Shown here: piece by piece, positions 29,296-40,286 of the stretch
How positions within the stretch are numbered: position 1 is the first letter of the stretch
Layout: each line of letters opens with the position of its first letter
DNA from: an uncultured delta proteobacterium
GTDB taxonomy: Bacteria > Myxococcota > Myxococcia > Myxococcales > Anaeromyxobacteraceae
NCBI GenBank assembly: GCA_963845515.1
Contig: CAWJSR010000026.1
Span: 91,077-155,076, forward strand
Direction: 5' to 3'
Length of the DNA: 64,000 bases
The notes under the pieces: model-generated
Told to the model about the DNA's origin: nothing
Seen by the model: only the letters and a program-made list of their open reading frames with translations
Database searches by the model: none
Translations under genes and position numbers: made by a program

Positions 29296-30465
29296 ATGCG
29301 CACCTGCACGTTGCTCGCCGCCGTCCTGCTCGCTGGCTGCGCCCACCTCCCCTTTGGGCAGGCGTCTAAGCCGCCGCTGGTCATCAGCGAAGACGGCCAG
29401 ACGGTGACCGCGGGGGGCGAGCTGTGGACCGCGCCCGAGGGCGTCGCCTTCTACCAGCGCGGCAGCGTCCTGCACGTCGTCTCCAGCGCGCCGGGCCGCA
29501 CCTGGGACGTCGCGGTCTCGGTGGGGGCGGGCGGGAAGCTCGCGTGGCCGGCGGCGGCGCCGTTCGAGCCCAGGGAGGGCAGCCTCCACCTGCTCGCCGC
29601 CAAGGCGGACCCCGAGGTCGCGCTGCTGATCGACACCGCCCAGCTCCACCCGCACGACGACCACTACCACCTCACGCACCGCTTCCTGAACCCGGACTGG
29701 CAGGCGCTCTACCGCCTGCGCGAGGAGGACTCGCCGCTGTCTCCGATCCGTCGGCAGGTCGCGGCCACGATCCTCGCGCTCCTGCTCGACGAGCGGCTCC
29801 CCGGCAGCTCGGCGGAGGCGACCAGCAAGGCGCTCCACCGGGTGGTCTCCATCATCGGCAAGGCACGGCGGGCCGTAGAGTCGGAGACCGGCGTGCGCGC
29901 CATCGAGGCGATCATCACGCATGACTTCGAGATCCGCGACGACGGCCAGACCATGGAGATCGAAGGGCAGGTCTTTCACGCGGCGGCGCCCGTCCGGTTC
30001 GCGTATTGCGCGGACCACTTTCACGTCGAGGAGGCGAGCGGCAAGTGGGCCCAGCCGGTGGAGTTCGAGGCTCCCAGCGGCGGCTTCGCCTGGCCGGGCT
30101 CGATCTTCTTCGAGCTCCGACCCGACGGGACGATCGGCGATCGGCCGCCCTCCAGCCGCTGGCGCCGGCTCTCGGACAGCGGCCAGGTCCGGTTCACGCG
30201 CGATCACTGGCACATCACGGAGGCCTACGACCACCCCCGCCTCCAGGCCATCCTGAAGGCGGTCGCGAGCCCCGACGTCCCGGAGACGCTCAAGGACAAG
30301 GCGCGCGCGCTGGCCCTCGACGTCATGCGGCTGCGGCTCGACGTCGGCTCCGACGCCGAGTTCGAGGCGCGGCTCGACGCCATCGATCAGGCGATCGACC
30401 GGGCGGGGGCCGAGCTGGACAAGGACCTCCCCAAGGCCGCCGGACCGCCGGCGAAGAAGCGGTGA
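29296..30465 (+). CDS. hypothetical lipoprotein with an internal duplication and DHxH motifs
   Basis: Lipobox LLAGC after MRTCTLLAAV; two similar halves; motifs HPHDDHYH, CADHFH, TRDHWH. Confidence 0.8.
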   Translation: MRTCTLLAAVLLAGCAHLPFGQASKPPLVISEDGQTVTAGGELWTAPEGVAFYQRGSVLHVVSSAPGRTWDVAVSVGAGGKLAWPAAAPFEPREGSLHLLAAKADPEVALLIDTAQLHPHDDHYHLTHRFLNPDWQALYRLREEDSPLSPIRRQVAATILALLLDERLPGSSAEATSKALHRVVSIIGKARRAVESETGVRAIEAIITHDFEIRDDGQTMEIEGQVFHAAAPVRFAYCADHFHVEEASGKWAQPVEFEAPSGGFAWPGSIFFELRPDGTIGDRPPSSRWRRLSDSGQVRFTRDHWHITEAYDHPRLQAILKAVASPDVPETLKDKARALALDVMRLRLDVGSDAEFEARLDAIDQAIDRAGAELDKDLPKAAGPPAKKR

Positions 30466-30636
30466 CGGGTCGCCCCTTCTTCGGCACCGCCATGCGCCCC
30501 CGATGGGGCGCATAGTGAATATCTTGAATGGCTCAGCCGCGCGGGCGTCAGACTGCCAGAGGTTCGCGCCGGCTAGCGCACGCTGGGGACGCATTCCGGC
30601 GATCCCGATCCCCCCGCATACGTGAGGTAGTCCACC

Positions 30637-30966
30637 ATGATGAAGTTCCTAACCGCTCTCGTCGCGGTCGCCTTCGCGGTCGTCGCCGTCGCTGCCGAGC
30701 CGGCTGCGCCTGCCGCTGCGCCTGCCGCTGCGCCCGCCGCTGCCCCTGCCGCTGCGCCCGCTGCAGCGCCCGCTGCTGCTCCGGTCGCCGCCCCTGCGGA
30801 GGCCGCGAAGGCCGCCCCGGTGGTGAAGGCCCCGACGAAGAAGAAGGCCGCCGCGAAGACCGTGAAGGCCGTGGCGCCCGCCAAGACCGAGACCGCCCCG
30901 GCTGCCGCTCCGGCACCGGCACCGGCTCCGGCTGCCGCTCCGGCTCCGGCCGCGGCTCCCAAGTAG
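30637..30966 (+). CDS. secreted Ala/Pro/Lys-rich low-complexity protein
   Basis: GAGG RBS, signal peptide MMKFLTALVAVAFAVVAVAA, (APAA)n repeats, followed by a terminator. Confidence 0.75.
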   Translation: MMKFLTALVAVAFAVVAVAAEPAAPAAAPAAAPAAAPAAAPAAAPAAAPVAAPAEAAKAAPVVKAPTKKKAAAKTVKAVAPAKTETAPAAAPAPAPAPAAAPAPAAAPK

Positions 30967-31001
30967 AGATAGGCGAGCCGACTTTCACTCGATGGAAGTC
31001 C

Positions 31002-31036
31002 GACGGGCCACCCGCGCTGCGGGTGGCCCGTTTTCA
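31002..31036 (+). terminator. Rho-independent terminator between convergent genes
   Basis: ACGGGCCACCCGC-GCT-GCGGGTGGCCCGT-TTTC. Confidence 0.8.
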
Positions 31037-31037
31037 C

Positions 31038-32201
31038 TCAGCGGCGCAGCGCTGCGAGCCGCCGGATGCCCTCGGCGAGCGTCTCGTCGCGCTTGCAGAA
31101 GGCAAACCGGACGAGCCGCTTCACCGGCGCCTCCTCGCCGTAGAAGGCCGAGACCGGTATGGCCGCGACGCCGCAGCGCAGTGGCAGGGTGCGGCAGAAC
31201 TCCAGGTCGTCGCCGCCCGGCCCAAGGTCTGCGATGGCGAAGTAGGTCCCTTCGACCGGGAGGACGTCGAGCCCTGCGGCCGTGAGCCCCGCCGTGAGCG
31301 CGTCGCGGCGGACCCGGTAGGCGGAGACCAGCTCCGCGAAGAAGGCATCGCCCGCCCCCAGCGCCACAGCGACCGCGTGCTGGAACGGCGTGCCGTTCGT
31401 GAAGGTGATGAACTGGTGGGCCGCCCGCAGCCCGGCGCTCAGGGAGGCCGGGGCGCAGGCCCAGCCGATCTTCCAGCCGGTGCAGCCGAAGGTCTTGCCG
31501 GCGGAGGAGATGACGACCGTGCGCTCCCGCATCCCGGGCAGCGCGGCCAGCGAGAGGTGGGGCCCATCGAAGGTGAGGTGCTCGTAGACCTCGTCGGTGA
31601 TCGCCAGCAGGTCGCGGCGGCGGCAGAGCTCCGCGATCGCCTCCAGCTCGACGAGCGAGAACACCTTCCCCGTTGGGTTGTGCGGCGTGTTGACCACGAT
31701 GGCGCGGGTGCGGGGACCGACCGCCGCCTCCAGCGCCCGCGCGTCCAGCCCGAAGGCTGGCGGCTCCAGCCGGACCGAGCGCCAGCTGGCGCCAGCCATG
31801 GCCAGATCGGGCCGGTAGGCGTCGTAGAACGGCTCGAAGACGATCGCCTCGTCTCCAGGCTCCAGGAGCCCCACGATCGTCGCGTGGAGCGCCTCGGTGG
31901 CGCCGGCGACCACCGTCACCTCCTCCAGCGGATCGTACCGGAGGCCGTGGAAGCGCACCTGATGCGCCGCGATCGCCTCGACGAGCGGCTGGATCCCGTA
32001 AGGGCGCGCGTACTGGTTGTGGCCATCCCGGATCGCGCTGACGGCCGCCTCCTTCACGAAGTCGGGCGCGTCGAAGTCCGGGAAGCCCTGTCCCAGGTTG
32101 ACCGCGCCGGTGCGAACCGCGAGCGCCGTCATCTCGGTGAAGATCGAGGTGCCGAAGGGGCGCAGCGCCTTGCGCACGCGGGAGCTGTCGGAGGCGACCA
32201 T
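31038..32201 (-). CDS. PLP-dependent aminotransferase class I/II (YbdL/kynurenine aminotransferase-like)
   Basis: SIFTEMT..AVNLGQGFPD, NQYA, NTPHNPTGKVF, DEVYEHL, SAGKTF..TGWKIG, RFAFCK. Confidence 0.9.
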   Translation of the reverse strand: MVASDSSRVRKALRPFGTSIFTEMTALAVRTGAVNLGQGFPDFDAPDFVKEAAVSAIRDGHNQYARPYGIQPLVEAIAAHQVRFHGLRYDPLEEVTVVAGATEALHATIVGLLEPGDEAIVFEPFYDAYRPDLAMAGASWRSVRLEPPAFGLDARALEAAVGPRTRAIVVNTPHNPTGKVFSLVELEAIAELCRRRDLLAITDEVYEHLTFDGPHLSLAALPGMRERTVVISSAGKTFGCTGWKIGWACAPASLSAGLRAAHQFITFTNGTPFQHAVAVALGAGDAFFAELVSAYRVRRDALTAGLTAAGLDVLPVEGTYFAIADLGPGGDDLEFCRTLPLRCGVAAIPVSAFYGEEAPVKRLVRFAFCKRDETLAEGIRRLAALRR

Positions 32202-32210
32202 CCGTAGATA

Positions 32211-32732
32211 CTACCCGGCTCGTCGAGCCAGGCACCGCTGGAGGAAGTCCAGGCGGAAGCCGGCGCCCTCCAGCTCCTCCTCGCTGGCGATCGGCAGTCC
32301 GGGGAGCTGCTCCAGGAGGACGCGCACGAAGAGGCCCGCGCCGGCCGAGCCGGGCGCGCCTCCGCGAGCGGACCAGACCGGCGCGCTGCGGAGCCCGCAG
32401 GACGGCGAGCCCTCCTTCGTGACCCACCCGTGGAGACCGAGCGCGGAGAGCTCATCTGCGCGCCGCCGGGCATACTGCCGCATCGCCTCCGTGTGATCGA
32501 CGCCGCTCTGCTCCCCCACGAGCCGCGGAGCGACCTGCGAACCGGCGAGCAGGATCGGCTCGCGCGGCACCCCCATCCCGAGCTCCACCTCTGGACAGAC
32601 CGGGATCCACTCCACCAGCGGGCCGAGCGCCCCCATCAGGAGCTCGTGCCGCTTGTCCCGGCCGTCGTACCGGACCCTCTCTCCGGCGAGGCAGGCCGAG
32701 ATGCCGACCCGCGGCTTTACTGGCGCGGCCAT
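32211..32732 (-). CDS. DUF523 (thiouracil desulfidase TudS-like) protein
   Basis: [45 protein letters not shown]. Confidence 0.85.
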   Translation of the reverse strand: MAAPVKPRVGISACLAGERVRYDGRDKRHELLMGALGPLVEWIPVCPEVELGMGVPREPILLAGSQVAPRLVGEQSGVDHTEAMRQYARRRADELSALGLHGWVTKEGSPSCGLRSAPVWSARGGAPGSAGAGLFVRVLLEQLPGLPIASEEELEGAGFRLDFLQRCLARRAG

Positions 32733-32852
32733 GACCGGAGCGAGCGTAGGCCGGAGTGGCACCGGCGCGCCACGTGGCGCCCATACGGACGTGCCCTTCG
32801 GGGCGTCGCGGATGGCCTTGCGCCCGCCATCCTCCGGCCTATCGAAGTGTCC

Positions 32853-33338
32853 ATGAGAGGCGCGGTGATAGCCCTTATGCTCGGCGCGGCGACGATCAAG
32901 GTCGGCGACAAGGCCCCCGACTTCACCCTCCCGGACACCGACGGCAAGCCCGTGGCGCTCTCGGGGCTCCTGGCCGATGGTCCCGTCATACTGGCCTTCT
33001 ACACGAAGGCCTTCACCTCGGGTTGAACGCGCGAGGTTCAGGCGTACCGGGACCGGCACGCGGAGATATCGAAGAAGGGCGCGAGGGTGGTCGGGATCTC
33101 GACCGACAGCGTCGAGACGCAGCGAAGGTTCAAGGAGCAGTACGGCCTGCCCTACCCGCTCCTCTCCGACTCGGGCGGCAGGGTGGCCCGGCAGTACGCC
33201 GGCGTCATCCCGGTGGTCGGGCGCGCCAACCGCGCCACCTTCGTCGTCGGCCAGGACGGGCGGATAACGGAGATCATCACCGGCGGCGACGCCATCGATC
33301 CCGGGGGCGCCATCGCCGCCTGTCCCTCACGGCACTGA
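32853..33338 (+). CDS. selenocysteine-containing peroxiredoxin (BCP/AhpC-TSA family), UGA at 33024-33026
   Basis: [51 protein letters not shown] is one continuous frame. The TGA sits exactly at the peroxidatic Cys position of FYPKxxTxGCTxE. Confidence 0.85.
33027..33062 (+). promoter_or_regulatory. putative bacterial SECIS element
   Basis: Hairpin GGTTC-A-GG-[CGTA]-CC-G-GGACC, with the apical loop 16 nt after the UGA. Confidence 0.65.
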
Positions 33339-33411
33339 GTGCCGCGCGCCTTTGAGTTCGGGCGAACGTGGGGGATACTCGGCGCCGCAGCCAGCTACGG
33401 GGAGACGCGGC

Positions 33412-33645
33412 TTGCCGGACCCGACGATCGCCATCCAGATCGACACTACGGGGATGCGCTGCCCGCTACCGGTGCTGGCGCTGGGAAACGCCACGTCGGC
33501 CGCCGTCCACGGGACGCTGGTGGAGATCACGGGCGACTGCCACACCTTCGAGGCGGACGTCCGGCGCTACTGCGCGCGCCGCGGGAAGACGGTCGTGGCG
33601 GTCAGGGGGACCGCGCCCAGGTTCACCGTCCAGATCCGCTTCTGA
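33412..33645 (+). CDS. TusA/SirA-like sulfur carrier protein
   Basis: IDTTGMRCPLPVL (CPxP motif); TTG start after GGGGAG. Confidence 0.8.
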   Translation: MPDPTIAIQIDTTGMRCPLPVLALGNATSAAVHGTLVEITGDCHTFEADVRRYCARRGKTVVAVRGTAPRFTVQIRF

Positions 33646-33651
33646 CGCCGC

Positions 33652-35049
<1,398 letters not shown>

Positions 35050-36513
35050 CTAGCCCCTCCACGCCGGCGCCGCCGGCAGCCTGACCGTGAACCGCGCCCC
35101 ACCGGTCGGTGAGTCCCCCGACTCCAGCTCGCCGCCGTGCGCCTGGACGATCCCCTGCGAGACCGCGAGACCGAGGCCGGTGCCCGTCTCCTTCGTCGTG
35201 AAGAACGGCTCGAAGAGCCGCGCGCGTGCGTCGGGCGAGAGCCCGGGCCCCGTGTCGTCGACGGTGAGGCGCGCCCCGCCGCCGGGCTCGGCGGCCACGC
35301 CGACGTCCACCCTGCCCCCCGGCCCGCTCGCCTCCGCAGCGTTCTTCACGAGGTTGAGGATCACCTGCCGGAGCTTCTGTGGGTGGCCCATCACGCTCCC
35401 GGATCCAGCCACGTGGACCGCGACCCCCTCGAGCACCTTCGCCTCCCCGAGCCGCGCGACCACCTCGTCGGCGAGCGCGCGGAGGTCGGCCTCCTCGGGG
35501 GCGTTCGCGAGCGGACGGGAGAGATCCAGCAGCCCGTCGACGATGAGCTTCGCGCGCACCGTCTCGCCCTCGATCACCCCGAGATCCTCGGCGAGGCTGC
35601 CCTCGGCCTTCCGCTGGAGGAGCCGGGTGTAGCCGAGTATGACCGCCAGCGGGTTGTTGATCTCGTGGGCGACCCCGGCCGCCAGGCGGCCGATCCCCGC
35701 CAGCTTCTCGCTCTGGACGAGCTGCCGCTGGTGCTCGCGAAGCGACGCGGTCATCGCGTTGAACTGCCCAGCGAGCGCCCCGAACTCGTCCGGCGTGGAG
35801 ATCTCGATCCGCGCATCGAGGGCGCCGGCCGCGATCCTGGCCGCTCCCTCGTGGAGCCGCGCCACCGGCACGGCCACCGACCGGTGAACGTAGGCGCCGA
35901 CCCCGGCTGCGAGGAGCGGCGCGAAGAGCGTGAAGAAGACGGTCCAGCGGAGCGCCTGGCGCTGCGCCTCTGCGACCCGCCCCTGGAACGCGGCGATGTC
36001 GGCCTCGAAGCCGGTCACCAGGCAGTCGACGCGCTCCTGGATCTCGGTCACCTCGACCTGGGCGGCAGAGTGCGCCGCCTGGATCTCGATCCGATCCCGG
36101 CGCAGCACCGCCGGTACGATCCGCGCCCGGAAGATCCGGTCGAGCTCCCCGGTCGCCCGCTCCGCGCCGGAGATGCACTCCCGCTCCCGCTCACCGACCG
36201 CGAGCCCCCCCACCCTTCGGGTCAGGGCGCCGACGCGCAGCTCCGCCTCGGTGTAAAAGCCCAGGTGGGTGTCGTTGCCGAGGATGATGGTGTGGGCCTG
36301 ATGGGCGTACTGGTCGCGCACCGCGCTCGCCAGCTCCAGCGCCAACCGCATCCCCTCCTCCTGGCGCCTCATCGCGACGACCCCGTCGTCGATCTCGCGG
36401 AAGCGGGCGAGGATCGACCAGGACGCGGCGGCGAAGGCCACGACCAGCAGCGCGAAGGCTACGAAGAGACGGCGGGCCGTTCCCGCTCTGGGACGCAAGT
36501 GCAACTCCCTCAT
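35050..36513 (-). CDS. membrane sensor histidine kinase (HAMP, HisKA, HATPase)
   Basis: Two TM segments, HAMP (DEFGALAGQFNAM), AHEINNPL, NLVKNA, DTGPG, FFTTK..GTGLGL. Confidence 0.92.
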   Translation of the reverse strand: MRELHLRPRAGTARRLFVAFALLVVAFAAASWSILARFREIDDGVVAMRRQEEGMRLALELASAVRDQYAHQAHTIILGNDTHLGFYTEAELRVGALTRRVGGLAVGERERECISGAERATGELDRIFRARIVPAVLRRDRIEIQAAHSAAQVEVTEIQERVDCLVTGFEADIAAFQGRVAEAQRQALRWTVFFTLFAPLLAAGVGAYVHRSVAVPVARLHEGAARIAAGALDARIEISTPDEFGALAGQFNAMTASLREHQRQLVQSEKLAGIGRLAAGVAHEINNPLAVILGYTRLLQRKAEGSLAEDLGVIEGETVRAKLIVDGLLDLSRPLANAPEEADLRALADEVVARLGEAKVLEGVAVHVAGSGSVMGHPQKLRQVILNLVKNAAEASGPGGRVDVGVAAEPGGGARLTVDDTGPGLSPDARARLFEPFFTTKETGTGLGLAVSQGIVQAHGGELESGDSPTGGARFTVRLPAAPAWRG

Positions 36514-36684
36514 GGGACGCCAGCGAGCCGGAGCCATCGTGCACCCAACAGTGGTGGAAGAGAGGCCCCACCGGGCACGGGGAATGTACCGGAGAACGCA
36601 CGGTTCCGCTGCGGCGTCGTGGCACATAGGAACATCCCCTGATGCAGCGGCGACCTCGCGACTCGCCGTGAGAGTCGGCCTAGA

Positions 36685-38026
36685 ATGCCCGCCGGAGTTT
36701 TACTCTACGTGTCAAACACTGCGAGACATGGCCTGCTTGGAGAGCGGACCACACCACGGGACGCCGGGTTCCTGAACGCTGCGCATTCGCCGCGGCGCGT
36801 CGCTGCGTGGCGCGAGGCCTACTTCTACGGGATCCTGGTCGCCGCGGTCTTCGTGCCGTTCGACTTCCTGTACGCCGGTAGGCTGGAGCTGACGCTCTCC
36901 GCCCGCGGCGCGCTGATCGGGGTCCTGGTCGCCTGCTGGTGGCTCCTCCGGCCCCCGGCGCCGCGAGTGGCCGGCCGGATCGTCTTCGCAGGCGCGGTCC
37001 TGGCCGGGATCCTCACCCCGGCGACCGTCCTGGTGTCGAGCGGAACGTCCGGCTCGCGGTTCGGCTTCGTCCTCGCGGTCCCGTTCATCGTGCTGGCGCT
37101 CCTCCCCGAGGTGCCGGCGGTCGCCGCGCTCTCGGGCGTGAGCGCCGCCGTGGCCGGCGCGATCGGCATGATCGTCGAGTCACGGCCACCGGCGCTGGTG
37201 GCCGAGTGGCTCATCATGACGACCGCGATCACCGGCGTGACCGCGTTCGGCTCCCGGCGCATCCGGGCGCTGGCCGATCGGGCGCACGGCGCCGAGCGGG
37301 AGCGCCGCGACGTGCTCGTCCAGCTGGAGGAGAGCGAGCGCCGGCGCGCAGCGTCCGAGCGGCTAGCGCTCGTCGGGCGGCTCGCTTCCGGCATCGGGCA
37401 CGAGATCAACAACCCGCTCTCCGCCGTGAAGGGGAACCTCTCCTGCGCGCTCGAGGAGCTGGAGCGGTCCGACGCTACGCCTCCAGTGCGGGAGGCGCTG
37501 GCGGAGGCGCTCGCCGCTGCCGAGCGGATCGCCTGGATCACCGCGGACATGCGGGCGCTCACCTCCCACGTCGGCGCCCCGATGGTCCGGTGCGACGTGG
37601 CCGAGACGATCCGCGACGCGCTCAAGCACGCCGACCCGCGCCTCCGGCACGCGAAGGTCCTCCTCGAGATCGAGCCCGGCCTGCCGCCCATCCGCTCGGA
37701 GCCGCGCCTGCTGGCGTATGCCATCGCGCAGCTCGCGGCCCAGGCCGCGGCCGCTCCCGGCGACGAGCCGATCGTCCGCATCGCCGCCCGGCGCGTCGCA
37801 GGACGGCATCGAGATCGTGATCGACGACGAGGGGCCCCAGATGCCGGCTCACATCCTGCAGAGGGTCTTCGAGCCCTTCGGCGCACAGGGGGAGGTTCGC
37901 GGCGCCGGGCTCGGGCTGGCGCTGCCGATGACCCGCGAGCTGGCGGAGCGGAGCGGCGGCCGGGTCGATGCCCAGTGGCACGGGTGCGGGAACCGCTACA
38001 CCGTCACGCTGGCTTCGTGCGAGTGA
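36685..38026 (+). CDS. multi-TM histidine kinase-like protein with degenerate ATPase domain (frameshift near 37800)
   Basis: Several TM segments and GHEINNPL. The C-terminus (DDEGPQM, VFEPF, GLGLAL) continues in ORF 37718..38026. Start uncertain. Confidence 0.7.
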
Positions 38027-40049
38027 CGGCGGGCCCCACGAGCCGACCGACAGCCTCCAGTATCTGCGCCTGCGCGAACGGCTTCTCGACGACCGGGGCC
38101 CCGGTCCTCTCCAGGAAGGCGCGGATCTCGGCGATCAGCGCGCCACCGGTGACGAAGAGGACCCGTGTGGCGAGGGCGGGCGATCGTCGCGAGAGCTCGC
38201 GGTAGAGCTCCATCCCGTTCATCCCCGGCATCATCACGTCGCACAGGATGCCGTCGAAGGTGGTGTCGCCGCCGATCCGGGCGAGCGCCTCGGCGCCGGT
38301 CGGCGCCAGGACGACGTCGTGGTGCGCCGAGAGGATCCGCTCGAGGGTACGGAGCACGTACGGCTCGTCGTCGACCACCAGGAGCCGGCCGCGGCGGCCG
38401 CCCGAGGCGGCCTCGCGCGCGTGCACGTCGCTGGGCTCGCGCCGGCACGCCGGCAGCAGGACCCGGAAGGTCGAGCCGCGCCCCTCCTCGGTGTCTACGC
38501 GGATCTCCCCGCCATGCGCGGTCACGATGCTCTGGCAGATGGCGAGCCCAAGCCCGGTGCCCACCCCCTGCGGCTTGGTCGTGAAGAAGGGATCGAAGAT
38601 CCGCGCGAGCCGGCCGGGAGGGATCCCGGACCCGGTGTCCGAGACCTCCACCACCACGCGGCCGTCGGCCCCCAGGCTGCAGGCGGCCCGGACCACGTGC
38701 TGGTCGGGGTTCCCCTCCGGGATGGCCTGGGCCGCGTTGACGAGGAGGTTCAGGAAGACCTGGCCCAGCCGCGCCGTGCTCCCGTCGACGGCCGGCACGT
38801 CGGCCAGCTCCGTCACGAGCCGGGCCCGGTCGGTGACGAGGCGGCGGGCGAGGTTGGCCGACGACTGGAGCGCCGCGCGCACGTCGGCCCGCTCGCCCCC
38901 TCCCTCGGTGCCGGGGGACGACAGGACCTTGAGGTCGCTCACGATCTCGCGAACCCGCCCGGCGCCGTCCGCCGCCTCGCCGAGCGCCTCGCCGATCTCG
39001 GCCAGGGAGCGGGCGACGTCCGGATCGGTCCCGCGCGCCGCGGCCAGCTCCGCGACGACCGTGCGCGCCACGTCCACGTTCCCGACGACGTAGGTGAGCG
39101 GGTTGTTGATCTCGTGCGCGACGCCGGCGGCGAGCGTCCCGAGCGACGCCATGCGGTCTGCGAGCGCGAGCTGGGCGTGCATCTTCCGGCGCTCGGCCTC
39201 GGCCTCCACCCGCTCGGTGACGTCCTCGACGATCCCGATCGCCCTGTGCAGCCGCCCCGTCGGCTCGCGCAGCGCGGCGACCCGGTAGCGCAGGTGGACG
39301 ATCCTCCCGTCCTTGTGGACGTAGCGCCGCTCCATGTCGTTGTGGTCCCGCTCTCCACGGACGATGGCGCCGAAGGCCTCCAGGCTGCCGACTCGATCCT
39401 CGGGGAGGAGCAGGTCCTGGAAGCGCATCAGCGCGAGCTCGTCGCTCGAGTAGCCCATCATCCGCTCCAGCGCGTCGTTCCACTCGACGAACGCACCCTT
39501 CGGATCGACGAGCGCGATGCCGACCGACGCACCGTAGAAGGCCTCGCGGAACCTGGTCTCGCTCTCGCGGAGCGCTCCCTCGGCCTGCTTCCGCTCGGTG
39601 ATGTCCCTGACGATCGCGAGGATCCAGCGCTGCCCGTCGATCTCCACCGAGCCCGTGCTCACCTCCGCCGGGAAGTCGCCGCCGTCGGCGCGCCGATGGA
39701 CCGTCTCGAAGGTGAAGCGCTCCCCCTTGGTCGCGCGGAAGAACTGCCCGCTGAGCTCGTCGTCGACCGCCGCGGCGCGGAGATCCGTGACGCTCAGCCC
39801 CAGCAGCACGTCGCGCGTCCAGCCGTATGCGGCCACCGCGCGCGCGTTCGCCTCGACGATCCGTCCGCCTTCGTCGAACATGAGCAGGATGTCGTTGGCG
39901 CTCTCGGCGAGGAGCGCGAGCCGGCGCATCGAGCGGGCGTACCGCTCGCAGGACGCATGGCGTGCCCGCTCGCGGACCAGGACTACGGCCAGCGCGAGGG
40001 CCAGCGCGGCCGCCGCAACGAACGCGGTGAAGAGGAGCATCTCGTCCAT
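38004..40049 (-). CDS. hybrid histidine kinase: TM-PAS-PAS-HisKA-HATPase-receiver
   Basis: RDITERK and EDVTER PAC ends, AHEINNPL, NLLVNAAQA, GTGLGL, VVDDE..CDVMMPG..KPF. Confidence 0.92.
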   Translation of the reverse strand: MDEMLLFTAFVAAAALALALAVVLVRERARHASCERYARSMRRLALLAESANDILLMFDEGGRIVEANARAVAAYGWTRDVLLGLSVTDLRAAAVDDELSGQFFRATKGERFTFETVHRRADGGDFPAEVSTGSVEIDGQRWILAIVRDITERKQAEGALRESETRFREAFYGASVGIALVDPKGAFVEWNDALERMMGYSSDELALMRFQDLLLPEDRVGSLEAFGAIVRGERDHNDMERRYVHKDGRIVHLRYRVAALREPTGRLHRAIGIVEDVTERVEAEAERRKMHAQLALADRMASLGTLAAGVAHEINNPLTYVVGNVDVARTVVAELAAARGTDPDVARSLAEIGEALGEAADGAGRVREIVSDLKVLSSPGTEGGGERADVRAALQSSANLARRLVTDRARLVTELADVPAVDGSTARLGQVFLNLLVNAAQAIPEGNPDQHVVRAACSLGADGRVVVEVSDTGSGIPPGRLARIFDPFFTTKPQGVGTGLGLAICQSIVTAHGGEIRVDTEEGRGSTFRVLLPACRREPSDVHAREAASGGRRGRLLVVDDEPYVLRTLERILSAHHDVVLAPTGAEALARIGGDTTFDGILCDVMMPGMNGMELYRELSRRSPALATRVLFVTGGALIAEIRAFLERTGAPVVEKPFAQAQILEAVGRLVGPAVTRTKPA

Positions 40050-40286
40050 CGTAGCCCTTTTCGGGGCTGCCCCACACGAGCGATCTGGTGAGAAGCGCTC
40101 TACGCGGTGCGTCAGCGCTGACGCGGCGCGGCCGCCCCGAGAGAGCACCTGCCTGGGGTGCACTTGCGGCCATAAACGCGTACTTGCCAGCCCCGAGAGG
40201 CCGGGCATGCGCCGTGCAGTACGTGCGCCCTATTGCCACGGGCGGTGGATCGTCATGGGACGACCGCCAGCCAAGGAGACGAAAAC

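Noticed and set aside
30700..30960. Short tandem repeats as a possible CRISPR array
   Set aside because: No unique spacers, the repeats are coding (APAA)n, and no cas genes are in the window.
33024..33026. TGA as a nonsense mutation (pseudogene)
   Set aside because: It falls exactly on the catalytic Cys codon, has a SECIS-like hairpin downstream and both halves are intact, so Sec recoding is more parsimonious.
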